Shown here piece after piece: positions 12,523 through 22,231 of a DNA stretch of 64,000 nt. The notes beneath the pieces were generated by a model that was not told the origin of the DNA, ran no database searches, and saw only the letters and a program-made list of their open reading frames with translations. The translations under genes and the position numbers were made by a program. Each line of letters opens with the position of its first letter. Within the stretch, counting starts at the first letter, position 1. Source of the DNA: Amphiscolops sp. MND2022. Taxonomy: Eukaryota. The DNA is taken from contig OZ076409.1 of assembly GCA_964187785.1 (NCBI GenBank), forward strand, positions 1,922,001-1,986,000, read 5' to 3'.

Positions 12523-13752
12523 TCATAATAAATCAAAATGCCTTTGTCCATCACTACTGATACTTATCAGCTTGGGTGTTAGGACTAGGGCATAAGCTAT
12601 ATAATCTGCTACATTAATGGCAGCATTAAATTTGAATTCTAATCTAATAGGTTGACTCCCGATGGGGTCTTTTTGTTTGGATAAATCAAATACATAGAAA
12701 TTATAATTTGTCCTGAATTTATGCAAATCAATAAACGGATTGAGTAGATTAGTTTCACTTTTTAACAAATAGAAGTTTTCAATTTCACTGTATGCTTGAT
12801 CATATTTATCTCTATCATAATCACATTCTATTCCATCATCTGGAAATTTTTCTGATCCTATTTTACAAACAGCATTTGAAATAGGTAACCTATCAAATAT
12901 TGCATTATCATGTGTTTGTGAATCAATTTTATTTCTAGCTTGAAAAGCAACAATTACAAAAGTTGGTGTTGATTCTCCACTATTACCTAATTCAAATGTC
13001 CAATTATTATTCGTGTTAACATCTTTTCTAAATACAATCCGTTCCATGTAAAATAATTCAGTTGGATCTTTGTCTATTATTTGATCCATCACGAGTTGTT
13101 GGTTTTCCATTGATGGTGTGTAGTGTGGAATATGCCAGGAGATGTCTTTTATATTTATTTTTGCAGCATCTACACCATTGTCCATGATAATAGGATCATT
13201 ATTATTATTTCGTTTTAATGTGAGACTGTAACCCAATCCATAAGTTATTTTTTCTTGATCAGCGAATCCAAACAAGTCTTTTAGTTTTATTCTCACAAAA
13301 AAGGTTCCTTTCTCTGTCTTATTGTTAGTTAGTTCTTGTCTTCTGATAGTACTACTTTCTTCAAACCCATACATCAATTGAGAAGTTTGTTGAGTGCTAG
13401 TTAAAAGTTTAATCATTAAAGAGATGGGGTGCAAATTTTCAACTTTTTCTAGGTGTTTTCCCGAACTTGTTGTCAGCTTAGCTTCACTAAATAAAGCAAC
13501 GGGCCCAAAGTTAACTAAACTTATTTGATCACCATCTGCATATCTTGTATCATCATTTTTAAGAACTTCAAATTCTAATGATATATATGAGTTTTGTAAA
13601 CAAATATATGCATCTTCTCTTGGGAAGATGATGGAAATGTTTGAATTATTATTGTTGATTGTAGCTAAACTACTTGGACTATATTTAATAAAATCAATTT
13701 TATGAACAGGTTTATCCATAGCATATTTATTTTTCAATGAAAATAATTCCAT
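12523..13752 (-). CDS. Polinton major capsid protein (double jelly-roll)
   Basis: Intact 409-aa beta-rich ORF. The C-terminal pattern P.FVIVAFQ...FD...YVFDLSKQ...IRLEFKF is typical of Polinton MCPs. Context supports the call. Confidence 0.85.
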   Translation of the reverse strand: MELFSLKNKYAMDKPVHKIDFIKYSPSSLATINNNNSNISIIFPREDAYICLQNSYISLEFEVLKNDDTRYADGDQISLVNFGPVALFSEAKLTTSSGKHLEKVENLHPISLMIKLLTSTQQTSQLMYGFEESSTIRRQELTNNKTEKGTFFVRIKLKDLFGFADQEKITYGLGYSLTLKRNNNNDPIIMDNGVDAAKINIKDISWHIPHYTPSMENQQLVMDQIIDKDPTELFYMERIVFRKDVNTNNNWTFELGNSGESTPTFVIVAFQARNKIDSQTHDNAIFDRLPISNAVCKIGSEKFPDDGIECDYDRDKYDQAYSEIENFYLLKSETNLLNPFIDLHKFRTNYNFYVFDLSKQKDPIGSQPIRLEFKFNAAINVADYIAYALVLTPKLISISSDGQRHFDLL

Positions 13753-13813
13753 TTAAATAGGAATAAAAATTAGGATTTAAAATTTATACTGATTTTATTT
13801 TTACTTAAAATAT

Positions 13814-14335
13814 TTATCCTAAAAAAGTAAACTCAGAATTTAGTTTAGTTTTATTTGTTTTATATAGATCGTAAGTTTGTTTTAATTTGTTGTATTCATT
13901 CAGACCAATTTTATTGTCTTCTAAACATTTTGAATGTAGTTTTTGGTAGTCGTGTAGTGTTCTACCAGCAAGAGTATATTTTTTGATATTTTGTTGTTCT
14001 TTTATTTTCAGGTACTCTCCAGCAATTTTACTGATTATACATAAACCTGCACCTATACCACTTGCTATAGGTACAACAACAAGTCCAACTCCTGTGACAC
14101 TCAACGTGACACATGTTGATGATACTGCTAGTACTGAAACTCCATCAATAGATTGAATTAAACCGTTTATAATTTTATATATTTTAGATTTCTTTTTATA
14201 CTTTTTAGCTTCATGATTATAAAAATTTTGAATATCTTTTATATTTTGAATTGAATTAGTAAAACTATTTATTTCTTTTAATCTAAGATCAAGATTCTGA
14301 TCTTGTTGTAAACATGGGTACAATTTTTCACTCAT
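13814..14335 (-). CDS. Conserved Polinton membrane protein with two hydrophobic helices
   Basis: LYP.L...LRL.EI N-terminus, basic patch, Gly-rich hydrophobic hairpin (VTLSVTGVGLVVVPIASGIGAGL) and C-terminal L.D.KI...EY. Resembles from memory the ORF labelled gasderminX in adintovirus annotations. Confidence 0.65.
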   Translation of the reverse strand: MSEKLYPCLQQDQNLDLRLKEINSFTNSIQNIKDIQNFYNHEAKKYKKKSKIYKIINGLIQSIDGVSVLAVSSTCVTLSVTGVGLVVVPIASGIGAGLCIISKIAGEYLKIKEQQNIKKYTLAGRTLHDYQKLHSKCLEDNKIGLNEYNKLKQTYDLYKTNKTKLNSEFTFLG

Positions 14336-14358
14336 TTATTTTAAATAAAAACTTAATT

Positions 14359-15090
14359 TTAGTTTTCAAAAAGTATGAAATTTATCTCAGTATCGGTTAG
14401 TTTCATTCTATATTTAAGGTCAACTATATCTTTGTATTCATCTTTCTTTAAGCACTTCACGATATCTTCTCGCGTTGAATAGTCTAAGTCTGATAAATAA
14501 TACACACCATCTGATGTCTTTATTTCTGTTCCGTATTTTTCCAACAAGTATTCATCACTAAAATATAAGTACTCAATAAAGATTTGGTCTTTATTTTCAA
14601 ATGAGTCAAACAATCCTTTGTTATATAATAATTGAATAGTATCCTTGACTGCTTGATTTTTACATTTTTCCAATTCTGAAATAAGGTTTCTCTCAAAATG
14701 ATTACGTAAAATGGTTTGTTGTTCTTCCACTAACTTGGCAGCATCCAAAATAATTTCTTTCTTCTTTTCTAAAAATTTATTTTTAACATCTTGTTCTAAA
14801 TATTTCAAATTTCTTTTTATATCTTCTATACTCTTGTTAATGTCTAAGAATAACTTTGCATTGACTACGATTTGTGTTTCATCGTTGATAAATTGAATTT
14901 CTTCTATGTTTTGCAATTTACCGGAGGTGCTTTGCATATTGAACTTTTTTAATTTATCACCAAAGGTGCTTTGTAAATCATTAAGTTTTATATTAATTAA
15001 TTTGGTTTGTGGTTCAAACTCTTTTTCTAAATTCTCAATCTCATCTTTTTGTAAGCTTTCGGCACTATAACCGAATTTATGAATTGACAT
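14359..15090 (-). CDS. Polinton coiled-coil protein of unknown function (MSIHKFG N-terminus)
   Basis: 243-aa intact ORF packed between Polinton genes. Confidence 0.7.
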   Translation of the reverse strand: MSIHKFGYSAESLQKDEIENLEKEFEPQTKLINIKLNDLQSTFGDKLKKFNMQSTSGKLQNIEEIQFINDETQIVVNAKLFLDINKSIEDIKRNLKYLEQDVKNKFLEKKKEIILDAAKLVEEQQTILRNHFERNLISELEKCKNQAVKDTIQLLYNKGLFDSFENKDQIFIEYLYFSDEYLLEKYGTEIKTSDGVYYLSDLDYSTREDIVKCLKKDEYKDIVDLKYRMKLTDTEINFILFEN

Positions 15091-15107
15091 TATTTATTTA
15101 AATATAA

Positions 15108-15966
15108 TTACTCATAACGATGGAAAATATTCATACTTTCTAACGTTTTGTTGTTAGATTCAAAAGTGAATACACTTCTTAAAAGTTCTTGTTCATAATA
15201 TTTTCCTTCTATTTGTTCGTTGTTTTCATCTACTAAACCATACGTAACTGGGTTAGTTGGATTAATTTTGTGTATTTTAAAAAGTTCTCTATTCCAATTT
15301 GTTGTATAACCTTTTGAATAAATGTTCCTTTTGTCAGGAACTCTTACATAGTCTCCCACTTGAAATTTGGGTATTTTTTCATTTTTATTAATATTAATAT
15401 TGATAATTTTATTAGTATTGGTAACCATTTCAAATGGTGTCATTTTTGTTGTTCCATGGACACGATTATTATATTTTTCCATAGCAGTATCTAGATGATT
15501 CAACCAACAAGCTTTACCTTCAATATACATTGGTTTTTTTTATTAGATCTAATAATGTTCTTTTGAAGCGTTCAACAAAAACAGCTTTTAAATCTGAATT
15601 AGTTGAATAAATTTGAATTTCATTTTGATTAAGAAAATCTAAAAATGTTTTATTATAAAACTCTTTACCTCTATCTGACCAAATTTTATCAGGTTTTCTT
15701 TTTGTTTTTTCGATAAGACTTTTTAATGCAGTTGTTGTACTTTTTCCTGATTTATCTTTAAGAGGAATCGCCCATGCATATTTAGTATAGTTATCAATTA
15801 TTGTAAAAATGAACTTATAGTTTTTATTATATTTTGATAAGCTAGCCCTGTCTATCAGATCGATACTCCAACATTCATCTTTATATTGGGGAATTATTTT
15901 AATGCGATCAAACTTTTTAATTACAGGAGAGAATATTTCTTTAACAATTTCTTTCTTTTCATTCAT
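15108..15966 (-). pseudogene. Retroviral-type (rve, DDE) integrase, frameshifted in an A8 run at about 15534-15541
   Basis: WSIDLID, WSDRGKEF and VERF catalytic motifs. Continues in ORF 15108-15530 (YNNRVH...KMTP, FQVGDYVR, KGYTTNW, YYEQEL). Removing one A restores IKKPMY. Confidence 0.92.
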
Positions 15967-15980
15967 TTATTTCCCAATAA

Positions 15981-17011
15981 ATGAATAAAAAACTATATAT
16001 AGGTTTATTATGTGTAATTTTTATTATAATTTTGTGGGTGTATTGGTATTATATTAAACCTAATTATTATAAAAAATTATACCAAAAACTAAAGCAATTC
16101 AAGGGATTTAAATATTCTCATTTACAGCGAAGCTGCCCTCCGGTAACTATCAAAGAAGAAGAACAAGAACTTACTCCACCAAATACAAATACTAATTGAC
16201 AATTTTTGGTGTATGGTACTAGTGGATCAGGTAAGACTAGTTTCCTTAAGTATTATTTAGATCAAACTAAATCAAAATTTATAGTATTCGGTAGAGATGA
16301 GACTGAGTTTAAAGATAATTATATACCTTTGTTACAGTTAGAAAATATTGAAATAGAGAAACTTGCTAATAGAACTATAATTTTAGATGATGCAGGAGCA
16401 TTCAAACAACTCAGAACTAAAGTAGAAGACTTATTTCGGTTTGGTAGACACAATAATATACAAGTTATATACCTTGCTCACTATGCAAAGGATGTTCTCC
16501 CAATAGTGAGAGAGAATTGTTTTAAATTATATATCACAATAAATAATCCAGATAGTTTCATTGAAACCATAATACAAACTTATTCAATCAAAGAAGATCT
16601 CAAATGGAAACAATATCGTAGTCAGTTAGAATTTGGTGTAATTGAATTTGATACTAGATCACAAAAGTATAAAATACTCAATCAAAAGTATCAAGTAGTA
16701 TATGATACAAATAACATAAATGGAGTCCCGAGGATTATGTAAAATATGAAAGTTATTTCTTTACAGGTGAAGAATACAACAAACTCAAGGTGTTTTTAGA
16801 AGAGATGTCAGATCAAACAATTGAAATAACACCTTTTAATGTAGCTTATTATTATGTATATTATTGTAAACAAAATAAAATAAAAGTGAATGAATCTAAA
16901 ATAGACAACTACGTTGAACGCATGCAACAACCACTAATTTCAAATCAACTTAAAGAGGAATTTAGGAAAATTATAATTGATCAAGCAATCAGGTTTAGTA
17001 AAAGTAATTAA
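15981..17011 (+). pseudogene. Packaging-type (FtsK/A32-like) ATPase 1 with N-terminal transmembrane anchor; in-frame TGA at 16197 and frameshift near 16715
   Basis: ORFs 15981-16199 and 16206-16742 are in frame. Walker A GTSGSGKT, Walker B IILDD and GRH motif. The C-terminal part continues in 16790-17011. Confidence 0.8.
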
Positions 17012-17028
17012 AAAATGGGTCTGATTTC

Positions 17029-17150
17029 TTAGTAAAAAATCACTAAGCAAATTCACTAAGAGCATATATTTTTCACTAAGCAAATAAGGTTACACTTAAA
17101 ACATCATGCTCTTAGTGAATTTGCTTAGTGATTTAGTGATTTTTTACTAA
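17029..17150. repeat. Intergenic inverted repeat with ~37-bp arms built of CACTAAG units
   Basis: ttagtaaaaaatcactaagcaaattcactaagagcat (17029-17065) pairs with 17106-17150, which carries an extra 8-nt repeat. Confidence 0.85.
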
Positions 17151-17154
17151 ATGA

Positions 17155-18153
17155 ATGAAGTGTTTAATTTGTGGAAAAAGTAATGAAAAATCTGTCTGCT
17201 CCGATTGAGAGAATAAAAAAAGATGTAAAGTGTGTAATATACTGAAAACAACAAATGGTACAAATATAAATTGGTATAAACATAGAAATGGTAAATTGTA
17301 TAGTACATGTATAGAATGTTTCAATAAAAAAGTAAAATGTGAATTCTGTAATAAAGAATTAAATAAAACTTATTTATCAAAACATTTAAAAAGATGTAAT
17401 AAATTATTAGAAGATGTATCTTATTTAAATAATAATCAAATTGATGATGATAATGAAAATCAAATTGATGATGATAATAATCAAATTGATAATAATCAAA
17501 TTGATGATAATAATGAAAATCATAATAATCAAATTGATGATAATAATAATCAATTTGAAAATAATTGTAATAGGACATTGATAGTTGGCCCATCATTTTG
17601 TGGTAAGACCCATTTGTTATTAAACAAATTACAGTTAATTCGATTGGATGATAATACAAGGAAAATTCATATTATTACAAGGAGTCCGGAACAAAACAAT
17701 AAAATTAAAATAGAAGATGTTTCAGTGGAAGAAGATTTAGGTGATAAAAGTATTCAAGATTTTCAAAATTGTTGTGTTGTATTTGATGATATGTTAGACT
17801 CCAATCAGAAATTAATAGATCCATTTTTTACTAGGGGAAGACATAATGATTTAGATGTTTATTATTTATCACAGTCATACTTTGATTTACCTAAAAGAAC
17901 AATTAGAAACAATAGTAATATCATAATTTTATTTCAACAATCATTGAAAGATGTAGAACACATTTATAGAGACATAGCAGGTTTTGATATGTCTTATGAA
18001 GAATTCAAAGAATTGTGTAGAGAGGCATGGCGGGAGAGGTACAACTATTTATTAATAAATAGGTTAGAAGATAAAAATGGGAGTAGGTATAAAATTTGTA
18101 ATGAATCTAATCCGGAGTATAAAACCTTTAATCCACAAACTGATCCTTTTTAG
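17155..18153 (+). pseudogene. Packaging-type ATPase 2 with N-terminal Cys-rich zinc fingers and NQIDD(N) repeats; in-frame TGA at 17206
   Basis: MKCLICG...VCSD*ENKKRCKVC is in frame with ORF 17230-18153. Walker A GPSFCGKT, Walker B VVFDD, FTRGRH, LSQSYF and IRNN. Confidence 0.88.
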
Positions 18154-19119
18154 TAAATGCTGAAAGAATGTTTTGATGTTGATTTGTTGTAATGCATTGG
18201 TACTGTAATAATTTATCTGCAATTGCTATAATTTGTTCATTAAGCATAGGATTATCATTTCCTCCTACTTTTTCAAAATAAAGTAGTTTTAATTGATCTA
18301 CAAGCTCATCAGGATCCGATGGAAGGAAGACATACTGATTAAATCCACTTCCTAATTGGGATAGTTGATAAGGAATATGTTGATATATGTATTGATTAAT
18401 TAAATCTTTAATGAAATAATATCTCTTTGATTTTTTATCTCCATAATTTATATTATATTTCATATCTTTTAAAAAAGAATAAATTAGATTCGTATTTTGT
18501 GGTATTTTGTCTATTTGTGTATTCGTTATAAAATTTGAAAGATCCGGATCATTCAAATAATACGTGTTACCATTTTGGAATATCATTGCTGAACCTTTGA
18601 TTAATACCTGTTGAGGATCAGTAGGGTTAATTGTGAATAAATTGGAACTTCCTTCCACGGGTTATAAACTAAATTGACTTTTGTTGTTGTCATTAAGCAA
18701 ATTAGAAACTGTCTTAACGATACTAGAATCAACTTGGTTTGAGTTAACAAGATCTGTAACAATTTGATTATTACGATTTGTAATTTTATCATATTCTTGT
18801 ATTCCTTCTTTAACTGATTTATGTAATTTTTTATTAAGAGTATTACTCGATTCTTGTATTGCTCTAGTTTGGTCTTGTATTGCTTGTGTTGTAGTTTGGG
18901 TAGAATCACGTAGTGCTTGAATCTGCTTTTCAGATTCTAGCTTGGTTTGGGTTTGGCTTTTTTTCTGATTTTCAGTAACAGGTTCAAAAACTTCTTCCAT
19001 ATCATAGTGAAAGTCTTGCTTCCCTAGTTTCTCTTTTAATCTTTCAGCTTTCAAAGAAGATTTTGTTTCTGCAATTTTTTTAATTTCTCTAAATCATCTC
19101 GATTATGAATTGAATACAT
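18128..19119 (-). pseudogene. Conserved Polinton protein with C-terminal LP.DP.ELV..L.LL...GN motif; stop at 18662-18664 and frameshift near 19078
   Basis: ORFs 18662-19054 and 18128-18658 are in frame. An upstream ATG at 19119 (MYSIHNRDDL) is joined across an A-run. Confidence 0.7.
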
Positions 19120-19168
19120 AATTTATTATTCATAAAAAATAGCATTTAATTTACAGCAAGGCTGTAAA

Positions 19169-19570
19169 TCAATGAATTTCACCTAAATACAGGCCTTTTC
19201 CTTGATGAACAAATTTTATAATATCAGGAGCAGTTCCAGCTATCATTCGAGGATTTTTACTTGCTGCAGCTGTACCAATATTTGCTGCTAGCTCTAATGC
19301 TCTTCCAGGATTGTTTAAAATTTTCTTTCCGACACTCTTGGCGGCTTTTCCTATACCTCGGAAAAAGTCACCCAATCCTTCTGCTTGTATTGTTTGATCA
19401 GACACTATAAGTGATTTATTTCTTTTACAAGAGGAACAAGTACCTCTTAATAATTTAACAGCTGCTCCTGTTTTTTTATTTTGAGTAATATCTCCACGAA
19501 TATTTATGGTAGCGGAATAATGTTTTCCACCAACACAATATGAATTATTTTTAAATTTACTAAAGCTCAT
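19169..19570 (-). CDS. Small basic virion-like protein: zinc ribbon plus amphipathic helix
   Basis: YCV...C..C, GLGDFFRGIGKAAKSVGKKIL helix, terminal GKGLYL motif. Confidence 0.7.
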   Translation of the reverse strand: MSFSKFKNNSYCVGGKHYSATINIRGDITQNKKTGAAVKLLRGTCSSCKRNKSLIVSDQTIQAEGLGDFFRGIGKAAKSVGKKILNNPGRALELAANIGTAAASKNPRMIAGTAPDIIKFVHQGKGLYLGEIH

Positions 19571-19659
19571 TTATTAGAAAAAAAAATATTCATTTTTTCT
19601 TCAGCACAAACTTTCAGTTTGCAAACTTTTAGTTTGTAAACCTTTGGTTTGTATTTATA

Positions 19660-20685
19660 TTAAATCTTGATGATTTGAATTGTAAATGTTAATGTCTCCC
19701 CGTTGAAATCAACTGGATTATGGTTGGAATCTTCTAAGAAAAATTGAATACTATCTAACCTTGTTTTGTTAATTTTTTTATACAAAATAATTTTGGGTTC
19801 TTTTATAATTTTATATCCGGGAGGAGCACTAAGATTAAATGAAAATAAAATTTGTTCTCTAATCCCATTAACAATTGAACCATCTACACAATCACATTTC
19901 AGATGAACTTTGTCTGTGGTTGTTATCATAACTGGTTTTTCTGATATATGAGTTCCTTGTATATAGTGTGTATTTGTGAATCCTAGAAGTTCATTTAATT
20001 TTGAATTAAAATAAATGGGATTAGAAGTTGTTAAGACTGATTCCATTGATATTGTATTTGCTTCAATGTTGAATTCAAATTCAAAATCACTATCAGAAAG
20101 TTTTTGATTCATAATTCTATTTATATCAATTAATTCGTATACTCCTGGTGTTAATTCAATTTCAACGAAATCATTTTCAATTCCAAATTCAGGAATAATA
20201 ATTGTTTTATCTTTGTTATTTTGATTAATTTGATTAATTATTTTCTTTAGTTGATCAAAATCTTTTTTGATAAGTTTCTTATTTTTAGAATAACTATCAA
20301 TTATAAAATTATTAATTTTTTCTATACCGGAGGTGCTTTGCATATCAGAGATTTTATACAAATACTCAACATTCATTACTAATTGAGTGTCAACGTTTAA
20401 TGATTTGAGTTGTTCGTCTTTTAGAAGAATTTTAAGTTTATTGTTCTTTTCAGTAATGTTTTATACAGTGTTGTATACTTCTAAACTTGTTACTCCCATC
20501 ATCCATTGTTCTGGTAAGTCTAGTGGAATATCAAATGAAAAAGATTCTTTTTGTTTAGTCATTTTAAATTCTAAAGTTTCTTGTGGTTTGGATAAGGTAT
20601 TTTCAACAATATCCAAATTAGATTTTGCAATACTCAATAAAAGAGATTCTTTTTTATCATAGGTTACAAAATTTGATAGATCCAT
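19660..20685 (-). pseudogene. Polinton minor capsid protein (penton, single jelly-roll); in-frame TAA at 20461-20463
   Basis: ORFs 20461-20685 and 19660-20376 are in frame. C-terminus CD.VDGS.VNG...IL..F....PGYKI...P....Y...D....VDFNGE. Confidence 0.85.
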
Positions 20686-20688
20686 TTA

Positions 20689-20892
20689 TTAAGCGAAAAA
20701 TTGTTTAAATCCATTTGCAGATATCTTATTTATAAATTCTTGGTTTTGTTTTGATAATTTCTTTTTTGGATTATTTTTTTCTATTACTTTCTCATCAAAT
20801 TGATTCTCACAGCTTCGCTGGCTTTGCATATTGGTATTCATTGGTTTTTGAATAAATTTAAATTGAGCTGAATAATTATTAATTTTCTTCAT
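20689..20892 (-). CDS. Small Polinton ORF of unknown function
   Basis: 67 aa, abuts both neighbours, starts at TAAATG. Confidence 0.5.
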   Translation of the reverse strand: MKKINNYSAQFKFIQKPMNTNMQSQRSCENQFDEKVIEKNNPKKKLSKQNQEFINKISANGFKQFFA

Positions 20893-21288
20893 TTATAAAT
20901 TTTGGTAGTATAAATTTAAAACTGCATTTTTGAAGCCTATAATTTGTGTAAGATATAACACATACAAACAATAAGCTGCACAATAACTGTCGTCTTTCTG
21001 GATTTGATATTCTGAATAGATACCCTTATTAATTTGTTTTGTTATATTTAGTGGTGGTGGACAGCCATATGAATCGAAATAGTTTTGGTTTGTAAACATA
21101 ACCCAATGTGTTCCTTTAGTTGGATGTAAGTTAACTATACCACTGGTGGTTATAAATTTATCATATCTCATATATATTCCACAAGATGTGTTCATGAGTT
21201 TTAAGATTTCTTTTATTTCTACATTGGAAGTTGCTTCATTTTTTAATCCATATTTATTAACAAATTCTTTGATTGATAAATAATTCAT
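20893..21288 (-). CDS. Adenain-like cysteine protease
   Basis: GTHWV, YFDSYG and Q..Q....CAAYC catalytic motifs. Confidence 0.92.
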   Translation of the reverse strand: MNYLSIKEFVNKYGLKNEATSNVEIKEILKLMNTSCGIYMRYDKFITTSGIVNLHPTKGTHWVMFTNQNYFDSYGCPPPLNITKQINKGIYSEYQIQKDDSYCAAYCLYVLYLTQIIGFKNAVLNLYYQNL

Positions 21289-21336
21289 TTAATAGTTATT
21301 TTTCCATGATTATATCTTGGTCAATGAATTTTCCAT

Positions 21337-21502
21337 TGGAAAAACTTGTTCATTAATTTTTATTTTGTTAATTTTTCAGTTGTGAAAAAAGGCTGATTTT
21401 TAGATGGTTTGATTGGTAATTTGTGAAAAAAGATTAATTTTTTAATGGTTTTACGAGCTTAAATTTTTCTTATATATAAGGAACGGGAATTCGATTACTA
21501 CT
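21337..21502 (-). repeat. Polinton right TIR
   Basis: Ends ...GGAACGGGAATTCGATTACTACT. Confidence 0.93.
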
Positions 21503-22231
21503 AATTCCCATTATGAAAGAAGGTTTTACTTTTAACTAGGCTAGTCTAATGTTTTTAAGAAAAGTTACTTCCAAAAATTTTGGTGTTTTGGGGGGGGACA
21601 GAAAAGTGCCCTCAACACAAGAAATTTCAACACGCTTCGCACTTCATATTAACTTCAGTTCAAAGGTGAAAAATTACTCAGTATCTCTCAATAAACAAAC
21701 TAATTTGTGCCTTTGGATGATTAAGCTTCACTCTTGGTTATACCAATGCCTCGATTAATTATAACTATCAACTATTTAATAAATCAACGTGCACAACTTT
21801 CGTGAAAACTGAAACGGAAAGTTATATGAGAAGCCACTGAGAATTTCTTGCGTTGTGTCGCAGGCGGCCGCCGGTGACGGGACTATGATTACGACTTCAG
21901 AATCTGGACAAGAAGCCGCATGTATACTTCCGACATATTAAAAGTAAAACTTTTGCTTTGACTACACTATTTTAGATTGCCCTTTTGTCATGAATTGTTG
22001 CATTTAGTAATGATATTAGATTTGCAATTAGTATTAGTCTGTTAAATTTTACAATCTGAAATATGCAGATCAAGAATCAGAAGTGCTGTTTGTAACAGAT
22101 TACAAATGAGATCTAAATGCAAAAAGTTGAAGCGGATGTATAACACTGCGTAGAAGTACGGAAACTAGATCATGTGAGCTTCTGTACTTCTGCGGCAGCG
22201 ATACTTTCAAGCATATTATTACCCAATCAGA

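Larger units (their letters stand above)
7299..21502. mobile_element. Polinton/Maverick (adintovirus-like endogenous virus), 14.2 kb, near complete but mutationally decayed
   Basis: TIRs begin AGTAGT and end ACTACT. Carries pPolB, retroviral-type integrase, major and minor capsid proteins, packaging ATPases and a cysteine protease. Absent from the paralogous sites at about 26070-26111 and 29185-29226. Confidence 0.97.

Noticed and set aside
17321..17659. Y/H/Q/F/D-repeat ORF on the - strand
   Set aside because: Antisense shadow of the NQIDD minisatellite.
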